IMG/VR virus record: IMGVR_UViG_3300008952_000012
Location: 1-64,000 of that record
Length of the DNA: 64,000 bases
Reading direction: 5' to 3' (one strand)
Source of the DNA: a virus
A program made the translations under genes and the position numbers. The notes below the pieces were generated by a model. It was not told the DNA's origin. It was given only the letters and a program-made list of their open reading frames with translations, and ran no database searches. Below, piece after piece: positions 7,189 to 15,400 of the stretch (positions are counted from its first letter, which is position 1; each line of letters starts with the position of its first letter).

Positions 7189-7322
7189 TGAATCTCCACG
7201 CGTACTTTCGTGTTCTTCAGCAGGTGGTCAACCCACAGTAGGGCTAACTGACTGCCCACTTGTACGGCTACGGGGATAAAAATGCTCGCGAATAAGATCT
7301 TGCATAACTCTTTTCCATTCAT
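7185..7322 (-). CDS. Small hydrophobic protein (45 aa), not in ORF track
   Basis: AAGGAGG RBS; MNGKELCKILFASIFIPVAVQVGSQLALLWVDHLLKNTKVRVEIQ; ATGA coupling. Confidence 0.6.
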   Translation of the reverse strand: MNGKELCKILFASIFIPVAVQVGSQLALLWVDHLLKNTKVRVEIQ

Positions 7323-7373
7323 GGAAGCCTCCTTCTATGTTGAACTATTTTCGTTGTAAAGTGTTCACAACGA

Positions 7374-7405
7374 TTATGGGCGTTGAAGCCCATAATGCTT
7401 ATACC
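7374..7405 (-). promoter_or_regulatory. Variant promoter (-10 GGGTATAAG only) with perfect 8-bp hairpin
   Basis: GGGTATAAG matches copy 1; TTATGGGC-N6-GCCCATAA just downstream; upstream box degenerate. Confidence 0.45.
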
Positions 7406-7434
7406 CGTAAAATCGGATATACTGCGGAGACAAT

Positions 7435-7797
7435 ATGAGCGTAAAAAGGTGGCCTTCTTTTGTATTTCTGAACAGTCGCGTGCCCGCACTGATCAGTTGG
7501 TTTTTCCGGGTTGGTGCTGTAACCATCGGCCCATTCATCTTTGTTAGGGAAGGGTGCGAAAGCGATAGACTGCTTAACCATGAGCAAATACATATTAGAC
7601 AGCAATACGAGCTTCTATTCTTGGGGCAATGGCTGTTATATGGGTTGTTCTGGCTTTGGGGGTTGGTTAGGTATGGGGACCCAACCAAGGCGTACCGGGA
7701 GAACCCGTTTGAAAGAGAAGCCTATGCAAACGATGATGATTTGGGGTATTTAGATACGCGCAAAGCGTGGTCTTGGACCAAGCACTTGAGGGGTTAG
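7435..7797 (+). CDS. Small HExxH zincin-like protein
   Basis: AVTIGPFIF...LLNHEQIHIRQ...AYRENPFEREAY motif set. Confidence 0.75.
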   Translation: MSVKRWPSFVFLNSRVPALISWFFRVGAVTIGPFIFVREGCESDRLLNHEQIHIRQQYELLFLGQWLLYGLFWLWGLVRYGDPTKAYRENPFEREAYANDDDLGYLDTRKAWSWTKHLRG

Positions 7798-7964
7798 TTG
7801 CTAGTAATCCACATATTAAAAATATGGGCGAGCGTCCCCCCTGCTACAAGGGCCACTAAGATGATCATGCAAATGAGTAATTTTTCTGGTCCGCGCATAC
7901 CACATGTATACACTGATAAGGGATACTATGTGAAGCACGATGACTTAACGGTCGGAGATTAACA

Positions 7965-10900
7965 ATGCCAATTACCTCAACAGACGTTAGCAATATTATT
8001 GCTGGCCAGATTGGGATGTTCAGCGCTTCGTCGCAGTACTCCCAGGCCATCTCTGCTCAATACGGTTTTTCTCCATCTGGTTCGCCCTTCGGCGCTGACC
8101 CAAGAGCCAACGTAGCCCCCGGCAACTTGATGGGTGGCGCTGGAATGGCGAGTGCTGGTGCTCGTATGCCCGGTATGGCCATGGGTGGCTTGGGCATGGC
8201 CGCCATGTTCAATGCAGCCCCGCGCATGTTTGATCCGTTCACCTCCACCATGCACGCCGGGGCAATGGGCTATAGAGCCGCTGGTGTTGGTGGTGCCATT
8301 GGTATGGGAGGGATGACGGCCCTTGGTTATGGTGCCATGGCTGGTGCTGGTAGCTGGATGACTAACCAAATCGCTACCGGTGCCCAGAACCGTGGAATGA
8401 TCACGAGTGCAGCACAGGGCATGATGCCTAATCAAAGTGTTGGCGGCCTAAATGCTGTAGCTAACCAAGTGGAGAGTATGCACAGACAAGGCATGGGATC
8501 ATTGCGTGAGCTTACGGGTATCATGCAAGGCGGTGCCATGTCTGGTGCCGTTGATACTGGCTCACTCCAACGGTTCTCATCCTCATTCCAGAAGTTAGTA
8601 AATAATGTAAGACAGGTGGCAGTAGCCCTGAACACCACCATGACCCAAGCACAACAGGCGATGCAGCAAGTTGAGGGCATGGGTATTAGTAATAGTAACG
8701 CCGCCGGTTTTCTAGGTACAGCACGAGCATTCGGTGCCCAAACAGGTATCGGACCACAGCAAATGATGCAGTACGCAGCAGGTGGCGCATCATTCGCCAG
8801 AGGTGCTGGTATTGATAGATCTATAGGTGCCACAGGAGCCATTACCCAAGCAGGGATATACGGCTTGGCCAACAAGTGGGGCCAGCCAGGAATATTACCT
8901 GACTCGTACAGTAAACACATGCAAGGGGCATCACGGTTCCTCATGGGTAGGTCGGGTCGCGCAGTTTTAGGGGCAATGATGGACCCCAACACTGGAGAGC
9001 TAAACGCTGGGGTGGCTCGTCAGATGTCTGCTGGGTTATTAGACCGTAATGAGATCTTGTCGTTATCCAAGCAGAATCTTGGTGGCAACCTGGACATGTT
9101 CAACTCACGGCGGGGCGAGTTAGCCGCTGGGTTCCTATCTCAATATGGTCCCCATGCTGCCTCGGGCGCATTAGGGGCGATGACCTCAAATAGGGCGCAG
9201 CCCATGTCTACCCAAATGGCGCTCACCGGTTTAACCCGAAGCGACATCACGGGGATGAAGTCTCTCAACCAAAGTGCTGGCGCTCTCCAAAGTCAGTTGG
9301 TCGCTGAAGCTCAGCGTGGATTCCGAGAGGGCAGCACACAACAATCACTCGGCGGTGCTCTTGGTCAGGCATGGGAGAATTTGATCAAGCCGATCCGAGA
9401 TGAGTTCAGGCAACTAGGCGCTGGCATGACCAAGTCCATGCAAGGCGCACTCCAGAGCATGACCGAAGAGTTTGTGCGCAGCCCACCTCCTAACGCCGAT
9501 CCCAGATCACGGATGATGCAGTTTGAAAAAGCACTCACCGGTTCTGGCCGTGACGAGTGGAGCCAGGGTGGTAGATATCGAGGACTCTCCGGTGGGCTTG
9601 GCTTGTATGACTCATCCCCCACAGGAGTACTATCATCTGTGCTACCCCAAGGATTCCGTATCGGGCGGATGTCCCCAGGCACATCGCTTGATGAATTATC
9701 AGGGTATGGGCTTGGTACCGAGTCTTGGAACCCATACCTGACTGGTGGCGTTGCAGCATCTCGCGCCACATACCAAGGACGAAACGCTCTTGGGTGGTTA
9801 GGTCGAGGCGCAAATGAAGTAGGTAGAGGAGTCGCTGCTTTCGGTGGAACCCCCCAAGCAACTGGCTTTTTAGGGTCTGGCGGCATTGGTGGCCCCGGCT
9901 CTTGGATGCGTGGGCTTGGTAACACAATAAGTGGTGCGGGCTGGGCTGCCCGTGGTCTTGGGTTTGCTACCAGAACTCTAGCACCACTGGGTATTGCATA
10001 TGATGCAGTAACAAATACAGGCCCCGCCGCAATGCGACGAGCGGGTTACTCCCCAGTCACTCAAGGAGCAATCACAGGCTCACAGCGAAATATGATGGAG
10101 AGCCTCGGTCAGGCTGGCGTCTTTGGTGATGACCCATTCGAAGACATTAAGACCAAAGACATCAGTGGCGAAACACCTCCAGGCATGACTCCTCTCGGAG
10201 GGTTCCTCCCAGGCAGCGCGCAAGGCGGCGGTGGGTTTGGTACGCAGAGATTTATTAAAGGCAAAGCGATTGCTGCTGCGAAGGCGGTCTTCTCTCCCCA
10301 GTACAAGAACAAGGTTCTCAAGAGGATCGGGGGCAACATGGCCCCGGTTCAGGAAGCCGTGAGAAAGGCTAAAGAGAAGTACGAGGCAGCGAATGGTGCG
10401 GGAACATGGTCGTCACTAGACCCAGGCGCTCAGGTAACAAACATTACGGAGGAGCTTCACAAGAATCCTGACAAGAAGCTCCAGTCGCTTACCACTGCTG
10501 ATGTATTTTCCCTTGCTAAGGATGTTGGCGGCGCAATCACCAACATGCCCCAAGCGATGGACGATACGTTCAACCCGGACAAGGTACGGGAAGATACAGC
10601 GAACGAGCTTCAGCAGTTTAGTGATGTTGCGTCGGGCGTTGCTCTTTCAACAGGAAAGCAGAAGGTAAAGGATTGGCAGAACGCGGATCTAAATAGATTA
10701 GGAAAGACTCTGCACAGCAAGAACAAGGGCACCGCAGCAGGCATCATATCGCTCACCGAGCAAGGGGAAGAGAATAAGCTTAAGCTGGACCAACTTACTT
10801 TCGGCGCTGAGGGGAACTTTGCGGACCAACTCCGAGCGGGCAACATCTCATTAAACACTGGGGCAATCAGAGGGCTTGTTACCAAAGAAGATATCGAATC

Positions 10901-12086
10901 TGGGAAGTTTCATGGTGCCGGTGACCTTGCTTTGGGCAAAGGCAGCGATGAGGCCACGGCTCACCAATCCCAAATAGCCTCACACATCGCTGCCGACATG
11001 AACATGTCTACCAAACTCGCAGGCTTCCAAAAGCGTTGGAGAGATGCCAAGGAGAACGGAGATGTAACGAAGATGCAGGAGATCAAAGATGAGTGGTCTA
11101 GGTATAAGTACAATCAGGATGGGTACAGACAGGCATTCAAAGGGACAATGGGTGAGGACTACAGCCCCAACAGGGATGTCCTTGCTGAGCAGGAATTAAA
11201 TGATAATAACCTGACCAAAGCCGCCGCACTTCAAGACTTATCTCAGGCAACCGCGTATTGGGATAATGCAAGATCCGACTTTAAGTCTGAGCAGGGCCAG
11301 AATCGGATGTCTAACATCAATACGCAGGCATCACGATTGTCTGGCGGAACGAGCGCAGCGACGACGGCGCTTGGTGGCATCATGAAAACGTGGCATGGGG
11401 CCGACTCTGCCCAAGGCACGCTTCCGAAAGGCGACCCACACCTGACTGCTAGGAAGCAGTTAATTAAGCATGTGCAACAAAGGCTTCAGGGGGGAATGGG
11501 GAACGCCACGGCAGCAGACATCGAACAGGCTGTTGGGCAGGGCGGCGTGATGTCCCTGGATGATGTCAAAATCATGCAGCAAGAGTTGGCGGCATCTAAT
11601 ATGCCTGGGCATCAAGACTTAGCCCACAGTCTTGGTAGCTTCATTAAGACTAGAGAGATCACAAGAACCAAAGAAGGTAAGAAGAGAACAGCCAAGCAGG
11701 TTCTTAAGAGGTCGGGCATTGACACCGGAAAGCTTGGGCCGGAAGACATCAAGTTCCTTGAAAACAAGTCAGATGTGATGTCTACAAGGCTGGAGGGTGA
11801 GTTCAACAAGATGGCCATATCGGCATTAAGAGCCACCTTAGATCATGAACCCACTAAGGCACAGATGGACGAGAGATCTATAGCCATTCAGACAGCCCTT
11901 AGAAAGGGTAATATGAATGAGTATGAAAACCTTGTGAGCACTACAGGCGCACCGCATGGTGTTGGCTCAACACAGTCTGGTAAGAAGGCTGGTGCTATGA
12001 CCGCGCAAGCGGGGGAGTTCTCGAAAGCAATGGCAGCCGCAACAACTGCTGCGAACTCCTTCGCATCCAACGTTGGCAAGAAGTAG
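7965..12086 (+). CDS. Tape-measure-like virion protein (1373 aa)
   Basis: Long Gly/Ala/Met/Gln-rich helical protein with hydrophobic Gly-rich segments, located at the head of the tail/baseplate module. Confidence 0.6.
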   Translation: MPITSTDVSNIIAGQIGMFSASSQYSQAISAQYGFSPSGSPFGADPRANVAPGNLMGGAGMASAGARMPGMAMGGLGMAAMFNAAPRMFDPFTSTMHAGAMGYRAAGVGGAIGMGGMTALGYGAMAGAGSWMTNQIATGAQNRGMITSAAQGMMPNQSVGGLNAVANQVESMHRQGMGSLRELTGIMQGGAMSGAVDTGSLQRFSSSFQKLVNNVRQVAVALNTTMTQAQQAMQQVEGMGISNSNAAGFLGTARAFGAQTGIGPQQMMQYAAGGASFARGAGIDRSIGATGAITQAGIYGLANKWGQPGILPDSYSKHMQGASRFLMGRSGRAVLGAMMDPNTGELNAGVARQMSAGLLDRNEILSLSKQNLGGNLDMFNSRRGELAAGFLSQYGPHAASGALGAMTSNRAQPMSTQMALTGLTRSDITGMKSLNQSAGALQSQLVAEAQRGFREGSTQQSLGGALGQAWENLIKPIRDEFRQLGAGMTKSMQGALQSMTEEFVRSPPPNADPRSRMMQFEKALTGSGRDEWSQGGRYRGLSGGLGLYDSSPTGVLSSVLPQGFRIGRMSPGTSLDELSGYGLGTESWNPYLTGGVAASRATYQGRNALGWLGRGANEVGRGVAAFGGTPQATGFLGSGGIGGPGSWMRGLGNTISGAGWAARGLGFATRTLAPLGIAYDAVTNTGPAAMRRAGYSPVTQGAITGSQRNMMESLGQAGVFGDDPFEDIKTKDISGETPPGMTPLGGFLPGSAQGGGGFGTQRFIKGKAIAAAKAVFSPQYKNKVLKRIGGNMAPVQEAVRKAKEKYEAANGAGTWSSLDPGAQVTNITEELHKNPDKKLQSLTTADVFSLAKDVGGAITNMPQAMDDTFNPDKVREDTANELQQFSDVASGVALSTGKQKVKDWQNADLNRLGKTLHSKNKGTAAGIISLTEQGEENKLKLDQLTFGAEGNFADQLRAGNISLNTGAIRGLVTKEDIESGKFHGAGDLALGKGSDEATAHQSQIASHIAADMNMSTKLAGFQKRWRDAKENGDVTKMQEIKDEWSRYKYNQDGYRQAFKGTMGEDYSPNRDVLAEQELNDNNLTKAAALQDLSQATAYWDNARSDFKSEQGQNRMSNINTQASRLSGGTSAATTALGGIMKTWHGADSAQGTLPKGDPHLTARKQLIKHVQQRLQGGMGNATAADIEQAVGQGGVMSLDDVKIMQQELAASNMPGHQDLAHSLGSFIKTREITRTKEGKKRTAKQVLKRSGIDTGKLGPEDIKFLENKSDVMSTRLEGEFNKMAISALRATLDHEPTKAQMDERSIAIQTALRKGNMNEYENLVSTTGAPHGVGSTQSGKKAGAMTAQAGEFSKAMAAATTAANSFASNVGKK

Positions 12087-12094
12087 GAGGTTAA

Positions 12095-12445
12095 ATGAAT
12101 CCGCTAACCAATCTAGGTGATTACACCAAAACCGCATTTAGCTCACTTCTTAGGAGCAAGGGTGGCGGGGAGCCTAAGCTAGAGGACTTCATCCAAAGAG
12201 ATGATGATGGTAATATTGAGTATTCAAGCGTTGGGCCTGGGTACAATGAAATCAGTACAATGTATCAGTATGGCACTGGTGCGCATCATATCAGGTTCTT
12301 AAATCTTGTCTCTCCTGATATTATCTTGGTGCACCAGAGTAAGATGGTCGGGTTCTATAGGGTGCTTAGGTCTCCGGACGAACTGTCTATAGTGCAGAGG
12401 GACATAAAAAACCTCCTAGTGAAAGACGCAAATATTACTTTGTGA
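12095..12445 (+). CDS. Hypothetical protein
   Basis: AGGAGG RBS; N-terminal YTKTAF. Confidence 0.7.
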   Translation: MNPLTNLGDYTKTAFSSLLRSKGGGEPKLEDFIQRDDDGNIEYSSVGPGYNEISTMYQYGTGAHHIRFLNLVSPDIILVHQSKMVGFYRVLRSPDELSIVQRDIKNLLVKDANITL

Positions 12446-12448
12446 TAA

Positions 12449-15400
12449 GTGGGTACCATGGGCAAGGAAAGTTCTGACAAGAAAAAAAGATTAGCGGTAG
12501 CGGGTGCTGCTGGACTTACTCCCTTTGCTGGCCTCATTGGTAAGACAAAGGAACTTAACCCAATGGCGGGTAAAGAGTTCGCCACCTCCTCAGATCTTGC
12601 GAGACAGGCCCAAAAGGGCGACATCTTAATGGCCGGTGCTCCTGGGAGAACTTTGAGCGGCGGTTTTAATAAGACTTTCATCAACATGGGCATTGGTAAG
12701 CCTGCTGGCTACCACCCCACAATCGTAGAAGGCGTTACCCCCGATGGACGCCTTACTGTTCTTGAGCACGGGCCCGATAAGGGTTGGCAGCGAAAGACAT
12801 TAGGCAAAGATAGTCAGGCCAGCCTCAGTTTACTCAGACAAAAGTCCCAGGCAGGGGCGACGAGCACCGTAGACACCGCACGGCGGTATGTTGCGGCCAA
12901 TGAGAAGCTCGGCACCGAGCTACTTAAGCACGGATTACCCGAAGAAGAGGTTCTACGCATCCAAAAGCAGGCTTATTCGCATCGAATGAACCCCGCAATT
13001 GGTATGCGCGAACTCTTTTTACCTAAGGGGCGCTCCAAGACATCTGTTGCGACACAACGTGCGGGCGCAGATAAGGCCCTTCACTTTTTCGAGCAGAATA
13101 CCGCTCAAATCGCAGAGAATTTGGCTAACAAGTCCAAGGCTGGTCAGAAAATCACCTTATCTGACCTTAAATGCCTTGGTGGCGTATGCACTACGGTTGC
13201 CGCTAAGTCGGGAGTACCTGTCAGGGCTGGTACAAATCTTCAGTACACCTCCCCGAATGACATTCTTGGATCAGGGAAGCTCCGCAATGTTGGTTACAAG
13301 AGAGCCGTTAACTCTGGAACCCTTGGCCAAAGAGCCCTACATGGCGTACTTCGTCATGCTCCCAACCTAGTAAGAGGCGCTGCCGGTGTTGGATTGGGTG
13401 CCTTAGCCTATCAAGGCGCTAAAAAGATATGGCCCGGAGAAAAAACAGCAGGGGTGCTTGAATCAGCACTCCCAAGGACTGTGCTTGAGATCCTAAAGGC
13501 CAAGAAAGACATTAAAGACAAAGGCGCTACCACAAAGGCCGATGTTCATAAGGCTGCCGACAAGGCGGGTATACCTTGGGATAATGACCCAAGCTTTAAG
13601 AGAGTCTCTGAAGAGGTTACGGGAAAGGCCCATTTGGACAACATGACCCCCGACGAGCTTCACAAGATGAAGCGGGTCATACAGAGCAAGGGGATACTCA
13701 AGACTGCAAAACCAACTATTGCAAATCAGGGTGAAGATTACACTGGTAATATCGCTACTGGCGCTGCTGGTGCTGGGTTAATGGCCCCTAAAGCAATTGA
13801 GCCTATGCTCGGGAAAGACGTTACTAGGTACAAGCCCGGTAAGCCGATCCATATCTACTACACTGATCCAGATCGAGGGCGCGGCCATAAGCAGCAAGCC
13901 CAGAATATCGCCACCGCCCTCAAGAGAAAGGGCATTCCGTACGAACTAATAAATGTAGAGCAGAGGTACACCACCCCAGCAGCTAGAAAACATCTTATTG
14001 ATACATATAAGCGTGTAATGAACGGGGAGCTTTCTCATGGAGCATGGAAAAAAGAATGGACAAAGTTTTATCTGACTCAAGTAGACAAGGGTGCCCTGAA
14101 GGCGGAAGCGAAGGGCGCAGGGGGAGTCATTTTGACGAATCCTGGTCTAGCCCCTTGGATGCGCGGGGTGATGCCATCAAACATAGTGGTTTCGGACCCA
14201 TCGAAAGCGATGATCGACACGCCTCTGGGCACTTCATGGACTCGTGCTCAAGACACGAAGTATGTTCCGGAGAGTATTAAGGATGGATATAAAGGCCCGA
14301 ATGTACGACGGATCTCCAATGTCCCGTTAGACCCGGAGATGTTCGACCGCTACGGACCAAGCCCATTTAACCCAAAAAGGTCTCATGTGACGGTCTCCGG
14401 CGGCGGAACCGGAACCGATGTGCTCAAGCAGGTTGAGCAATTAATGGGAGCTAAGACTAGGGAGATCAAGGGTAAGCCGCTTACGATCCACGCGATCACT
14501 GGGTCGTTAAGGAAAACCCGACCAGGAGATTATCAGCGCCTTTTACAGATGGCTGAAGAAAGCGGCGGACGGCTTATTGTTCACGACAAGCTTCCCCATG
14601 ACAAGCTCAGACCTATGCTTCAGATGGCCGACGCTAATGTGCTTAGGCCTCACGGAACAATGGGCACTGAGGCCGTCGTCGCCAAAAAGCCAATGATTTT
14701 ATCAGCCAGGGGTGGACTTGGTGGTGATGCTAAGGCGAGATACGCGACTGGCATGAACTACTCCAACGCTCTAAAGTTTAGTGAGCTTACTGGTGCCCCG
14801 ATAGCAGGAACTGGTGGACAAACAACTAGGGCCAATCTTGGGCAAGTATTTGATCAAAATATGCCCAAGCTTGACGACCTGGGTAAGGGTGTTGGTGAGG
14901 CTGCGTCTAAGTTCAGCGACACTGCTACAAGTATTACAGATGATATAATTAAGCGACCTAAGATACACGCGCCGGGGCGAATACCTTTCTCCAAGCAGAT
15001 GGCCGTTGCCGGTGGCGTACTAGCAGGGGGCGCTGGCCTACACGCGTTGTATAAGCGTTACAGAGGTAAGGACAAACCAATGAAGAAAGTATCCATGAGG
15101 CTCGCTTGGGCTACACAACCACTTACCCAATTTGAGCGCATGACCATGGATGATCTTCGGGACGACGGTTACGTGCGCGGCATCACTAAAGCTGCGGCGG
15201 TTATGGGCCTAATAAAGACAGCCAATGGGGCATTGACTGGTCACGGTGACGGAAGCCCGGACTTAATGAGAAGGGACAGTAACAGCCCAACCGGGTGGTC
15301 CCCGGCGGGGGTGACGGGCACATATAAACCAAGAGAGTCAAAGAGGTACTACAGCCACGCCGCAAAAGGCGATGCGATGGGTTCGGGAAGAAGTAAGCCA

